DNA of 64,000 bases from Patescibacteria group bacterium UBA6201 (GTDB taxonomy: Bacteria > Patescibacteriota > Minisyncoccia > Phycocordibacterales > UBA918): positions 102,578 to 166,577 of the forward strand of contig DISV01000004.1 in the NCBI GenBank assembly GCA_002422025.1, read 5' to 3'. Shown here in pieces: positions 31,265-41,361 of this stretch. A program made the translations under genes and the position numbers. Each line of letters begins with the position of its first letter. Position 1 is the first letter of the stretch. A model generated the notes under the pieces. It was not told where the DNA came from, made no database searches, and saw only the letters and a program-made list of their open reading frames with translations.

Positions 31265-33445
31265 ATGCTCCCCACTGACTCACTTAGAACCCATTTCCGT
31301 CTGGACCAGGCACATGAAAAAGCCCTTAAAAAGCTTAGGATTGAAACCGTATCCGACCTCCTTCACCACCTACCCGCACGTTACGAGGACATTAGTGATA
31401 TTCAATCAGTCTCTGGTTTAACCGCCGGTAGTGAAGCAGTGATATATGGACAACTCGGTGGTCTCAAAGCCCGTAAGGCTTGGAAGAGCAAACGACCAAT
31501 AGCTGAAGGCTGGTTAGAAGACGGAACGTCGCGCATTAAAGTGATGTGGTTTAACCAACCATACCTCGCCAAGATGTATCAAGACGGACAGTATGTAAAA
31601 GCCTCTGGGAAAGTTACCGGTGTGGGAGATAAGATGTACCTAGCTAATCCAGAACTCGAACCAATGGAGTCTCTTCCGATTGACCGGCATGATTCAATTT
31701 TTAAAAATACTGAGAATATAGACGACACTATCTACCCTGTCTATAAAGAAACTAAAGGTGTCACCAGTCGCTGGTTCTACCACACGGTAATGAAATGTTT
31801 TGAAGCCGGTGTATTAGATAAGTTTATTGACCCAATTCCCACTCAAATACTCGAGCGCTATAAACTATATGAACTGAAGACTGCTCTTCGCTACATACAC
31901 TCACCTAAAAAACTTGATCATGCCACTGGCGCACGCAAACGCTTCGCTTTTGAGGAGGTTTTCTATATTCAAGTCCAAAAGGCAATGGAACGTGCTGCCG
32001 TGTCCGCTGCCACTACCTACCAAATTGACGCTACTGAAGATAATGTTCAGGAATTTATTTCTCGTTTTCCCTTCCCTCTCACTCGAGCACAACAAAGAGC
32101 AATTAATGAAATATTAATTGACTTTCATGGACAACACGCGATGTCTCGACTCCTTGAGGGTGACGTAGGCAGTGGCAAGACGGCCGTGGCTGCAACAACT
32201 GCGTACGCGGTTGTTACCTCTCGCCCTCCAGAAGGTCGAGGGACCAAAAGTGGTATCGACTATGGCAACTTGCAAGTGGCGTACATGGCTCCAACCGAAA
32301 TTCTGGCCAAACAACACTTCGAAAGCTTCATTCAATACTTTGAACACTTACCAATCCAAATTGGACTCATTACTGGTAGCGGTTGCTATAAGTTCCCATC
32401 AAAGTCCGACCCGACCAAACCGACCAAGATATCGAAAGCACAGCTGATGAAGTGGGTTAGGAGTGGTGAAGTTCCTATACTTATCGGTACGCATGCACTG
32501 ATTTATAAAAGTGTGGAGTTCAAACACCTCGCCTACGTCATTATTGACGAACAACACCGCTTCGGCACCAATCAGCGTAAAGCCTTAACTAAAAAGGGCG
32601 CGCCGATGCCTCACCTATTATCAATGACAGCAACCCCTATCCCTCGCACGCTTTCCCTTACTGTTTACGGTGACTTAGATCTCACTTTACTCGACGAAAT
32701 GCCAAAGGGGCGCAAGCCAGTAATTACCAAGATAGTTGGTCCAAACCAACAAGAGCCAATGTATGAGCATATTAAGAGCGAACTGGCGGCTGGCCGACAA
32801 GCCTATGTCATCTGTCCGCGTATCGAAGAACCTGATCCAGAAAAGGAAAATGTCTTAAACCTCAAGAGCGTTATCGCAGAAGCGGAACGTCTTCGAAAAA
32901 ATGTATTCAAAGGTGCTCAGGTTGACGTCCTACACGGCAAGATGACCCCTAGTGAAAAAGACGAAGTGATGAGACGTTTTCTCAACCACGACAGTGACAT
33001 ATTGGTAGCGACTTCAGTAGTCGAAGTCGGGGTGAATGTGCCAAACGCTACAAACATCATCATTGAGGGCGCAGAACGCTTTGGACTTTCCCAACTGCAC
33101 CAACTACGCGGTCGAGTCATTCGTGGCACACACCAACCATACTGTTTTGCTGTAACGGAATCAAAAAGTGAAAAGACACGCGATCGCCTTAAAGCGCTAT
33201 CTACCGCCAAGAATGGCTTTGAACTCTCAGAATACGATTTGCAATTTCGTGGTGCGGGCGAACTATATGGCTCTAAACAATCCGGCCTATCCGACCTAGG
33301 TATGGAAGCACTTAAGAATCTGAAATTAGTAGAAGCGGCTCGTAATGAGGCACGAATGCTGGTAGAGGCTGACCCAGCATTAGAAAAGCATAACAAAATA
33401 GCCGAGCGCGTCACCGCACTCGGATTAAATCTTCATTTGGAATAG
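31265..33445 (+). CDS. recG: ATP-dependent DNA helicase RecG
   Basis: RLLEGDVGSGKT, DEQHRFG, MTATPIPR, QLHQLRGRV. Confidence 0.97.
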   Translation: MLPTDSLRTHFRLDQAHEKALKKLRIETVSDLLHHLPARYEDISDIQSVSGLTAGSEAVIYGQLGGLKARKAWKSKRPIAEGWLEDGTSRIKVMWFNQPYLAKMYQDGQYVKASGKVTGVGDKMYLANPELEPMESLPIDRHDSIFKNTENIDDTIYPVYKETKGVTSRWFYHTVMKCFEAGVLDKFIDPIPTQILERYKLYELKTALRYIHSPKKLDHATGARKRFAFEEVFYIQVQKAMERAAVSAATTYQIDATEDNVQEFISRFPFPLTRAQQRAINEILIDFHGQHAMSRLLEGDVGSGKTAVAATTAYAVVTSRPPEGRGTKSGIDYGNLQVAYMAPTEILAKQHFESFIQYFEHLPIQIGLITGSGCYKFPSKSDPTKPTKISKAQLMKWVRSGEVPILIGTHALIYKSVEFKHLAYVIIDEQHRFGTNQRKALTKKGAPMPHLLSMTATPIPRTLSLTVYGDLDLTLLDEMPKGRKPVITKIVGPNQQEPMYEHIKSELAAGRQAYVICPRIEEPDPEKENVLNLKSVIAEAERLRKNVFKGAQVDVLHGKMTPSEKDEVMRRFLNHDSDILVATSVVEVGVNVPNATNIIIEGAERFGLSQLHQLRGRVIRGTHQPYCFAVTESKSEKTRDRLKALSTAKNGFELSEYDLQFRGAGELYGSKQSGLSDLGMEALKNLKLVEAARNEARMLVEADPALEKHNKIAERVTALGLNLHLE

Positions 33446-33596
33446 AGCGACTTGATCTAGTGCCCAATATCTTTATCAAATACTGATTATTTTACATTTT
33501 ATTTGATGTAATATTCAGTACAAAGATTACATTTAGCTAAGATAAAACACAAAAAAGGCGACCGCAGTCGCCTTTTCATTTCTCCGAGATAACGCC

Positions 33597-33818
33597 TCAG
33601 TGCAGAGTATAAACCACGGCACCTGCATCACGCATCTGAGAGTATACGTAGACCATGCTGTCAGAAACAACTAGGAGTTCTCCGACATGGCTGTATGCTA
33701 CATACAACTCCACGTCATTTGCACACTGTAACCCCAGATGTTTTGGCAACATATCCCCCCTCAATGATCGAATATACACGGCGTTATCGAGCTTATATTG
33801 ACTCCAGTCGAAAGTCAT
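33597..33818 (-). CDS. Orphan small protein
   Basis: AGGAGG SD upstream; terminator at 33551-33577. Confidence 0.5.
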   Translation of the reverse strand: MTFDWSQYKLDNAVYIRSLRGDMLPKHLGLQCANDVELYVAYSHVGELLVVSDSMVYVYSQMRDAGAVVYTLH

Positions 33819-33901
33819 GTCCGCCCTCCTTTTTAAAAAACTTTATGTTTACAGAATACATTATATCCACTAAATGACAATCTGCTGATACAATTAAACT
33901 T

Positions 33902-34633
33902 ATGTTAGACGTCATTTCTAGAGTATCCCTCCACCCAATCGATTATTCTGGGGCTCTACGCGTTACTGCGCTAAGCTTTAAAGAAAAAATTCAAGAAAAC
34001 GATAACACCTACTCATTCCTATTTACAACACCTAAGCTACCTGGATGGAAAGCTGGACAACACGCAATTTTCACTCTACCCGGGGCTCATGTCGCAGGCA
34101 AAACCTGGCGGCCTTTTTCAGTTGCCTCTGCTCCAAGTGAGGGCATCATTAGAATCGGTACAATCATCCCGCCAGAGCCGAGTAGTTTCAAACAAAGACT
34201 AATAGCACTTCAACCAGGCAATGTGATAAGGATGTTTGGCCCTTATGGTGAGCTTTATATCAAGCCTAGTATGAGTAAAGTAGTTGCGGTTGCTGGCGGT
34301 ATTGGTATCACCCCTTTTCGTTCCATAATCGCCGACATGGCCGACATGGATAATGATATCGACTTTCATTTGATTTACTCTGCCAAAGCTTCGCACGTAT
34401 ATAAAGCAGAGCTGGAAAATTGGAAACTCAAATTACCCCACCTCAAAATCACCTACACTACCACTGCTGATGAAGTGAACGCTGTACTTCTAAAAGAGGT
34501 GACAGAGGGAGGTAACAACACCCACTACCTACTATCTGGTGCGCCAGGGATGATTGAGGCACTACGACGCTCGCTACAAGAGCAAGGGGTTAGATCCGGT
34601 CGAATTATCAATGACCCCTTTAAGGGCTATTAA
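33902..34633 (+). CDS. FAD/NAD-binding ferredoxin-reductase-like oxidoreductase
   Basis: RPFSVAS, GPYG, AGGIGITP, terminal FKGY. Confidence 0.9.
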   Translation: MLDVISRVSLHPIDYSGALRVTALSFKEKIQENDNTYSFLFTTPKLPGWKAGQHAIFTLPGAHVAGKTWRPFSVASAPSEGIIRIGTIIPPEPSSFKQRLIALQPGNVIRMFGPYGELYIKPSMSKVVAVAGGIGITPFRSIIADMADMDNDIDFHLIYSAKASHVYKAELENWKLKLPHLKITYTTTADEVNAVLLKEVTEGGNNTHYLLSGAPGMIEALRRSLQEQGVRSGRIINDPFKGY

Positions 34634-34677
34634 ACAACAGGTTGTGCGTTGCAAGTTTTAGTTTATAGTATTCTCAC

Positions 34678-34717
34678 CCACCCTTTAGCTCAGCCCTAAT
34701 AGAGCACAGAGCTTATA
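34678..34717 (+). pseudogene. Degenerate 5' half of tRNA-Ile(TAT)
   Basis: ccaccctttagctcag...tagagcacagagcttata matches the intact tRNA up to position 37. Confidence 0.75.
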
Positions 34718-34888
34718 ATGTGAGTTGGGGAAACAAGCGCGTTAACACTTGTTTTCCGAGATGAAGCGATGTGTGGAAATTGAAAATTGCGTCCGCCCTT
34801 AGCTCAGTTGGTTAGAGCACAGAGCTTATACCTCTGGGGTCCTTGGTTCGAGTCCAAGAGGGCGGACGGAATTTTTAATTTTCTTATA
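34718..34888 (+). mobile_element. 171 bp insert in the tRNA-Ile anticodon loop, carrying an intact tRNA-Ile
   Basis: CTTATA duplicated at 34712 and 34883; internal tRNA enclosed by inverted repeats. Confidence 0.7.
34793..34866 (+). tRNA. tRNA-Ile(TAT)
   Basis: CCGCCCT...AGGGCGG A; arm CAGAG-CTTATAC-CTCTG. Confidence 0.9.
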
Positions 34889-34922
34889 CCTGTCCTTAGT
34901 GCGAGTCCAAGAGTGCAAACCA
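34883..34922 (+). pseudogene. Degenerate 3' half of tRNA-Ile(TAT)
   Basis: cttatacct-gtccttagtgcgagtccaagagtgcaaacca, followed by a terminator at 34926-34955. Confidence 0.7.
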
Positions 34923-35105
34923 ATTAAAAAAACCTGCCCTATGGCAGGTTTTTTTATGCATGCACGGATACTTTGCATTTTACGAACAGAGCAAAGCAAA
35001 AATACTTAGCGAGCTAAATGCTTTTATTACACTGTGTAAAACTGGACATATTCACAAAATACGTTGTTACAATAGCTTTAACCTTTAAACAAATAATTAA
35101 ATAAT

Positions 35106-35525
35106 ATGAGTCAAAGAACCATGCACGAGGTAGCCAAATTCGCTAGTGGTGTAGTGGCTGCTGACCTAGCAACCAACATTTGGTTTGCTTATAGTGGAAT
35201 CCTCCCTATTACCACAATGGGTGTGACCATCACCGAATCGATGTTATGGCCAGCCATCGTCTTTGATGTTGCTGCCTTAGCATTTTTAGTTCATTACGCT
35301 TGGAGAATTGGAAACATTCCATCCTTACGTGAACGTAGTTACTTAATGCTTGCTGGACTCGTATTCACTGGCGTCGCCATTATTCACTTTGCACGAATCT
35401 TCTTTGATGTTGATGTGGCAATAATGGGTTATGAGGCCCCGCACTGGATTTCCTGGACCGCCAGTATTGTGACCGCCTACCTTGCCTATATGAGCTTACG
35501 TTTGGCAACAAGATTGAGAGGTTAA
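35106..35525 (+). CDS. Four-TM hypothetical membrane protein
   Basis: 139 aa hydrophobic ORF with terminator. Confidence 0.75.
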   Translation: MSQRTMHEVAKFASGVVAADLATNIWFAYSGILPITTMGVTITESMLWPAIVFDVAALAFLVHYAWRIGNIPSLRERSYLMLAGLVFTGVAIIHFARIFFDVDVAIMGYEAPHWISWTASIVTAYLAYMSLRLATRLRG

Positions 35526-35627
35526 TTTAATAACTCAAACGTTAAACAAGGAACCGGTAGTCCTATGGACTACCGGTTTCTTGTTTTTACTCTTTAAACT
35601 CGCTACTAACTTCTAACGTCTATACAC

Positions 35628-37646
35628 CTAGACCTCCTTCCCCTTCATATGATCCGCATCGAATTCAATAGCGCTCGTTGGGTCACCTAGTCTTTCTTCT
35701 TCAAGACGCTGGTCGCGATAGAAATCCTTTATCTCCACACCTTCAGCTTTAAGAATTGCCTCATATTCCTCGCGCTCCAAAGTCTCTACCTCCAACAAAC
35801 GCATAGAAATAGCATCAAGTGCCTTGCGATTCTGAGACAATATCTCCTTAGCTGTTTCCATTCCTGTTGAGATAAGCTTTGACACCTCCTCATCAATTGA
35901 TTTTGCTACGTCTGGTGAATATCCACGATCCTCACCCACCCCACCACCAATCAAGCGTCCTCCAGAGCCTTCAAAGGCCACAGCACCGAGCTTATCACTC
36001 ATACCATACTTAGTGACCATATCGCGTGCGAGATTTGCTACAACCTGCAAGTCGTTAGACGGACCAGTGGTTAGATCGTCAAAAATCATCACCTCAGCTA
36101 CATAACCACCTAATGTCATTGCGATGTCATCAATAAACTCTTTGCGGGAATGCATCTTACGGTCTTGGTCAGGCAACTTCAAAGTATATCCGGCTGCACG
36201 ACCACGGGAGATGATAGATATCTTCTGTACCGGATCAGCATAAGGCAAGACCGAAGCAACCAACGCATGTCCAGCTTCATGATACGCAGTTACTTCTCTT
36301 TCTTTCTTCGAGAGCAAGTGGCTCTTGCGTTCTGGTCCAAGCATTACTTTTTCGATCGAACGAATAATGTCAAACTGTGACACTGTCTTACGCTCCTCGC
36401 GAGCCGCCAAGATAGCCGCTTCGTTCATCAGTGACTGCAAGTCAGCTCCAGAGAAACCTGGAGTACGAGTAGCGATAGTTGCAAGGTTCACATCTTCCGC
36501 CAATGGCTTCTTGCGTGCATGCACATTGAGAATCGCTTCACGATCGTCACGATCAGGTAGATCGATGGTTACACGTCTATCGAAGCGTCCAGGACGCACA
36601 AGCGCTGGGTCAAGTACATCTGGGCGGTTAGTAGCTGCCATCACAATCACCTTTTCGGTTGGCTCGAAGCCATCCATCTCTACCAGTATCTGGTTCAAGG
36701 TCTGTTCACGTTCATCATTTCCCCCACCAATACCAGTACCGCGGATGCGACCTACAGCATCAATTTCATCTACGAAGATGATTGCTGGAGCGGCCTTCTT
36801 CGCCATTTGGAATAGGTCCCGCACACGACTGGCTCCAACACCAACAAACATCTCTACAAACTCTGAACCAGAGATGGAAAAGAAAGGTACACCGGCCTCA
36901 CCAGCAACAGCCCGTGCCAATAGCGTCTTACCTGTTCCTGCCGGACCCATCAAGAGTACGCCTTTCGGAATTTCTGCACCGATATCCAAAAACTTTTTCG
37001 GATTCTTCAAGAAGTCCACTATCTCTTCTAACTCCTGCTTAGCTTCTTTGGCACCCGCCACATCTTTGAAAGTTACTTTTTGTGACTGATCATTAGGATC
37101 AATTACCCTTGCTTTGGACATTCCAAAATTCAGTGCCTGCATTCCAGCACCACGCATTGAACGGGTGAAGAACCAGATAATCAAGAGGAGAAAAATTATC
37201 GGGAAAATAAACGGAGCGAAGGTGGAAAGATAGTATGAGAAACCAGTCTCTTTCTGCACATCAATAGTCACACCGGCTATTTGTTCTGAAGTTACACCGA
37301 GATTAGCGAGCGTTTCCGTGATAGATGCATCAACTTCTTTCTTCCCTTCGGCCTTTGCCCTGGAGTCATCTTTATATGAAACCTCAAGTTTTGAACCGCG
37401 CACCACAATCTCACTAACCTCACCAGCCTTAACCCCTTCAGCAATGGCTGAGAGCGAAGCCTCTACTGGTTCTTCCTGACGTTCAGCAATATATGAATAT
37501 CCAGCCACAATCAGCATCAAAACTAAAATCGTCGACAGCATATTGTTCCAAAAATTGCCTGGACCAACTGGCATCTTCTTCATTAACATGGATGAACGAT
37601 TCCGCTTCTCTCCTTCTTTTTTATTCTTTATTTTTTTATCACTCAT
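35628..37646 (-). CDS. ftsH: ATP-dependent zinc metalloprotease FtsH
   Basis: [29 protein letters not shown]. Confidence 0.97.
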   Translation of the reverse strand: MSDKKIKNKKEGEKRNRSSMLMKKMPVGPGNFWNNMLSTILVLMLIVAGYSYIAERQEEPVEASLSAIAEGVKAGEVSEIVVRGSKLEVSYKDDSRAKAEGKKEVDASITETLANLGVTSEQIAGVTIDVQKETGFSYYLSTFAPFIFPIIFLLLIIWFFTRSMRGAGMQALNFGMSKARVIDPNDQSQKVTFKDVAGAKEAKQELEEIVDFLKNPKKFLDIGAEIPKGVLLMGPAGTGKTLLARAVAGEAGVPFFSISGSEFVEMFVGVGASRVRDLFQMAKKAAPAIIFVDEIDAVGRIRGTGIGGGNDEREQTLNQILVEMDGFEPTEKVIVMAATNRPDVLDPALVRPGRFDRRVTIDLPDRDDREAILNVHARKKPLAEDVNLATIATRTPGFSGADLQSLMNEAAILAAREERKTVSQFDIIRSIEKVMLGPERKSHLLSKKEREVTAYHEAGHALVASVLPYADPVQKISIISRGRAAGYTLKLPDQDRKMHSRKEFIDDIAMTLGGYVAEVMIFDDLTTGPSNDLQVVANLARDMVTKYGMSDKLGAVAFEGSGGRLIGGGVGEDRGYSPDVAKSIDEEVSKLISTGMETAKEILSQNRKALDAISMRLLEVETLEREEYEAILKAEGVEIKDFYRDQRLEEERLGDPTSAIEFDADHMKGKEV

Positions 37647-37708
37647 ATTGCAGGTGATTATACAGAACTAGGGCGTTTTTACCATTTTTCTGCTACATTT
37701 ATGACATC

Positions 37709-38155
37709 GTGACTGACCTAATAAGAAACAAAAAAGCTGGGTTTAATTTTGAACTCCTCGAGCGCTATGAAGCGGGCGTGGAACTTTTAGGTATCGAAGT
37801 AAAATCTCTACGAAAAGGTCAAGGCAAACTCGAAGGCTCACACGTTATAGTTCGTGGTGACGAAGCTTATTTAGTCGGTGCCTCCATACCGGCTTTTCAA
37901 AAGGCCAACGCCCCAAAGGACTATGACCCGGAGCGAGTTCGTAGATTATTGTTGAAAAAAAAGGAGATTTTGGAGTTGTTCACAGAGAGTGAAAAGCGTG
38001 GTTTGACAATCGTGCCAATTCGGTGGTATAATAAAAACCGTTTAGTAAAGCTCGAAATCGCTATCGCTAAAGGTAAGAAAAACTATGACAAGCGCGAGAC
38101 CATTAAAGGTCGCGATACCAAACGCGAAATTGAGCGAACATTGAAAAACCAATAA
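37709..38155 (+). CDS. smpB: SsrA-binding protein
   Basis: NKKA, EAGVELLGIEVKSLR, KGKKNYDKRE. Confidence 0.96.
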   Translation: MTDLIRNKKAGFNFELLERYEAGVELLGIEVKSLRKGQGKLEGSHVIVRGDEAYLVGASIPAFQKANAPKDYDPERVRRLLLKKKEILELFTESEKRGLTIVPIRWYNKNRLVKLEIAIAKGKKNYDKRETIKGRDTKREIERTLKNQ

Positions 38156-38171
38156 TTGACTATTCAAAGGT

Positions 38172-38456
38172 GTGATCATGGGGACCACACCAAACAATGG
38201 GAGTGATGACATGCCTACAGAAAAGGATGAGACCTTGGTGTGGTTTGGGGAGGAAATCGATCCGCAGTTGATCGAATGCCCCCCGCCCGCGCCAGGGTTC
38301 ACCGGGGCACAGGTAACGAAGGCCTTGAATCAGGTTGATATCATTATGGCCGAACTTACCCAAGACCAAAAAAACAAACTTCTCCAGGAACTCCGCGAAA
38401 GGGAGCTTCGCGACCTGATCGATTTCTTCAGGATACACCGAATCACACGCCACTGA
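38172..38456 (+). CDS. Orphan protein between smpB and ssrA
   Basis: 94 aa acidic ORF; start uncertain. Confidence 0.55.
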   Translation: MIMGTTPNNGSDDMPTEKDETLVWFGEEIDPQLIECPPPAPGFTGAQVTKALNQVDIIMAELTQDQKNKLLQELRERELRDLIDFFRIHRITRH

Positions 38457-38578
38457 ACTGTTCTTTTTAGGCGGACGCATATACTGTGTCCGCCATACCT
38501 TTGAGAAGTCAATTTACAACTGCCATTCGCTGAAAATTTGTGGGTATACTTTCTGAGTGCTTACCCCGTAAGCTTTCA

Positions 38579-38955
38579 GGGGATGACAGGCATCGACGGT
38601 TTGAATCGTTCATCCACGCAATGCCGAAATTGGAATCAATTCGTTAAAAGGTTCCATCTGTATCTGCAAACAAAGCAATACCAAGTCCGTTCTCATACGG
38701 ATTCGCCTTCGCTCGAGCGTAAGTTCGCGTAGGTGACGCTAACCTGCCCCACGTCTAATAAGGTTGTGTTAGTGGAATAGCATTGGACTCTAGATAATTG
38801 ATTTGTTCCATTAATTATCCAAATTGTTAGGAACTGCTCGTGTTGAGATTTTGCCAAATTTTTCACTTACCACGCTAAGATTTAAATCTGGCTATGCATT
38901 GTAGAAGTGTATGGACGACCATTCTCGGACGTGGATTCAATTTCCACCATCTCCA
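38579..38955 (+). ncRNA. ssrA: tmRNA; tag ANKAIPSPFSYGFAFARA (38666-38722)
   Basis: GGGGATG/CATCTCC acceptor with G3-U70, TCGAC, T-arm, tag ORF, next to smpB. Confidence 0.93.
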
Positions 38956-38956
38956 C

Positions 38957-39182
38957 GAGTACAAAAATCCGCTCGCACGAAAGTGCGGGCGATTTTTGTT
39001 CGTGGAGATGGTGAGAAAGCAAACTGTTTTGCTTTCGTGAAATTGAATCGGGCGGAGCGTTGTGTTTTTGCTCTTACTTAGGCAAAAACACCGCGAGCCG
39101 GGCCTGCAAGCACTTAGTATTTTAAGTGCGGAGCACGAATAAATACTTAGTGACTTGATGGTTCAATTTCCACCATCTCCAC
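38957..39182 (+). mobile_element. tmRNA 3'-end mini-element, core type A (226 bp unit)
   Basis: 21 bp direct repeat ttcaatttccaccatctccac at 38936 and 39162; split antisense copy 39002-39047. Confidence 0.85.
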
Positions 39183-39264
39183 CAATTCTGAAGCAAAACG
39201 AGCCTTATAAAATAAGGCTCGTTTTGTTGTATTTTGGAGAGATGTTTGGAAATTAGAACCTCTG

Positions 39265-39293
39265 TTTACAAACTATTATTTTTATAATATTGT
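39265..39293 (+). promoter_or_regulatory. Cassette promoter TTTACA-N17-TATTGT (also 40069-40097; TGTACA variant at 41545-41573)
   Basis: Hexamers and 17 nt spacing kept in three copies while the spacer drifts. Confidence 0.65.
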
Positions 39294-39323
39294 TCGACTA
39301 GCTACACAGCTTGGAGACTTGAG

Positions 39324-39872
39324 ATGAAAACCATCTATGTAAGTCCTCGCAACGTGCAGATAACCACGGTAGATGGATGCCAGATGTCCGTCAAACTGGT
39401 ACTGGTACGCGAGGCGGGTGGTTTTATCAGTCTTCAAGACTGGAAACCACCTTCTGAACTGGATGATGTAGAAATTGTGCTGGTGAAGAGGCCCTGCTTC
39501 AAGCGATTACGACTACCACACGATGTAAAGCAAGCGATACTGCATTTCCTGCAACGCTACCACGCAAAACAGGACATATCGTTTGATTGCTACGCATTCG
39601 CCAACTTGGTCAAAGGGGTAAAAGTTCACAAAGTTCCTTTCATGCTCAAATACTGGAACAAGCGACCCAAACCCTGGTTTATTCCAGTTGGTTCAGTTGT
39701 ATTCTTCGAGAGCGGTGAGAACCGCTTCCACCATACAGCTGTCTACATCGGGTATGGACTGTACATTTCAGTCTGGGGTGCTGGTGGCGACCTCGAAGTT
39801 GCAACACTCAAATCAATGAAACGCGACTACGGCGCTGAACGAGTGATGTTCGCTGAACCAGTCGCTACTTGA
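39324..39872 (+). CDS. NlpC/P60-like (papain-fold) protein
   Basis: FDCYAF...GSVVFF...HHTAVYIG Cys/His pattern. Confidence 0.6.
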   Translation: MKTIYVSPRNVQITTVDGCQMSVKLVLVREAGGFISLQDWKPPSELDDVEIVLVKRPCFKRLRLPHDVKQAILHFLQRYHAKQDISFDCYAFANLVKGVKVHKVPFMLKYWNKRPKPWFIPVGSVVFFESGENRFHHTAVYIGYGLYISVWGAGGDLEVATLKSMKRDYGAERVMFAEPVAT

Positions 39873-39922
39873 CCGCCTTCCCTTCGGGGTGGGCGGTTTC
39901 TTTTTCACCAGAAATCAACAAT

Positions 39923-39991
39923 CTTCAAGAAACTCGGACACTCCATTTCAATCAAAGAGGTTTTAACTTGTAGTAAACTGCTCCACAGAAT
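39923..39991. repeat. 69 bp cassette trailer (copies at 40830-40898 and 41414-41482)
   Basis: Copies 1 and 2 differ at one base; copy 3 is diverged but the same length. Confidence 0.9.
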
Positions 39992-40133
39992 CTGAAGCAA
40001 AAAGAGCCTTATATAATAAGGCTCTTTTTGTGCAATTTTTGACAGATGTATGGAAACTAGAACCTCTATTTACAGACTACTGTTTTCATTATATTGTTTC
40101 AATAGCTCTTTCAACTAAAACACGAGGTGAAAC

Positions 40134-40739
40134 ATGAGAGAAGTTTCTCTTACGCTCGACTATCTGACCATCGAACAGCTAATCGACCTTATCGACGAGC
40201 CGCATCGTTCGGTCTGCCAGCGCATTCTTGCGGACAACCGCAAACTCTTCGAAACAGCACGCGGTTCAACCCATAACCATCAGACATGGGACGGGGGTTA
40301 CATCGACCATGTCACTGACGGCATGAACTACGTGCGCCACCTCTACACGTTCGATGAGGCCTTCGGTCGACCTTTGCCATTCTCGATGTCAGATGCCCTG
40401 CTGGTCTTCTTCTTGCACGACCTCGAAAAACCTTGGCGTATCCTGGTCGATGAATCGGGGCAAGCATCAAACCGCGAGGGACTCGACACCAAAGCAACCT
40501 ACAAGGCATTTCGTGAAGAAAAGCTGGCATCGTACGGCCTCGAACTGAGCGACATGCAGTTCAACGGCTTCACGTACGTCGAAGGCGAACTTCATGACTA
40601 CACCAGCAAGCGGCGCGTCATGAACGAGCTGGCAGCTTTCGCCCACAAAGTCGACAACTGGTGCGCTCGTGGATGGTATGACTACCCCAAAGCCACTGAT
40701 GACGAGTGGACGGGCGCTGGTCGGATACGCACCACGTAA
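40134..40739 (+). CDS. HD-domain phosphohydrolase-like protein
   Basis: ARGSTHNHQTWDGGYIDHV...LHDLEK...D; GAGGTG SD. Confidence 0.7.
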   Translation: MREVSLTLDYLTIEQLIDLIDEPHRSVCQRILADNRKLFETARGSTHNHQTWDGGYIDHVTDGMNYVRHLYTFDEAFGRPLPFSMSDALLVFFLHDLEKPWRILVDESGQASNREGLDTKATYKAFREEKLASYGLELSDMQFNGFTYVEGELHDYTSKRRVMNELAAFAHKVDNWCARGWYDYPKATDDEWTGAGRIRTT

Positions 40740-41000
40740 CATCGTTACAACAACCACTGAATCTTGAATTGAAAGTCACCCTTTCGTTTCAACGATTGGG
40801 TGGTTTTCTTTTTCCCACAAATCCACTACCTTCAAGAAACTCGGACACTCCATTTCAATTAAAGAGGTTTTAACTTGTAGTAAACTGCTCCACAGAATAT
40901 AGAAATATATGGAAGATTAAGAGAGCTTACTCAGGTCTGAGTAAGCTTTCTTATTTTGTATAAAACCAGACATCCATAGTCCTCTACTGTTTTACACAGA

Positions 41001-41361
41001 TTATTTCTTCACACAGTGCAACATAAGGTCATTACCGTCAGGATCAGTGAAAAGCGCCATGTAACAGACAGGATTATCAAGAGTCTCGCCACTAAACACA
41101 ACCCCCCTTATCCTCTAATTCTTTACGTGCTGCTTCTATCTCATCGACATGAAGTGCAATATGAGCGTTCTTCTGTGGCGCGAACGACATGCCCATCTTC
41201 TCTGGTTCCCAGATACCAAAACAGGTGTCCCCTACCCAAAATTCATACTCTGCTTTTGGATCTGGTCTAAGACCTAAGGTGTCTATATAAAACTTCCGCG
41301 ACCGCTCTGAGTCAGTTGACGGCACTCCCACAAAATCAAGTTTAGTGATTTTATTTTCCAT
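41001..41361 (-). pseudogene. VOC/glyoxalase-family gene frameshifted in a G6 tract (41102-41107)
   Basis: Removing one G restores DKGVVFSGETLDNPVCYMALFTDPDGNDLMLHCVKK*. Confidence 0.8.

Noticed and set aside
34718-34888. Canonical tRNA intron at position 37/38
   Set aside because: The anticodon-loop bases are duplicated, both outer halves are degenerate, and no group I core or bulge-helix-bulge is visible.
36325-37089. 254 aa plus-strand ORF and similar antisense ORFs over ftsH, recG and r-protein genes
   Set aside because: Shadow frames of conserved genes on the opposite strand.
38538-38732. 64 aa ORF
   Set aside because: Lies over tmRNA in a different frame from the tag peptide.
39923-39991. 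Classical integron attC sites
   Set aside because: No RYYYAAC/GTTRRRY inverted ends or palindromic fold, and no intI in the window.
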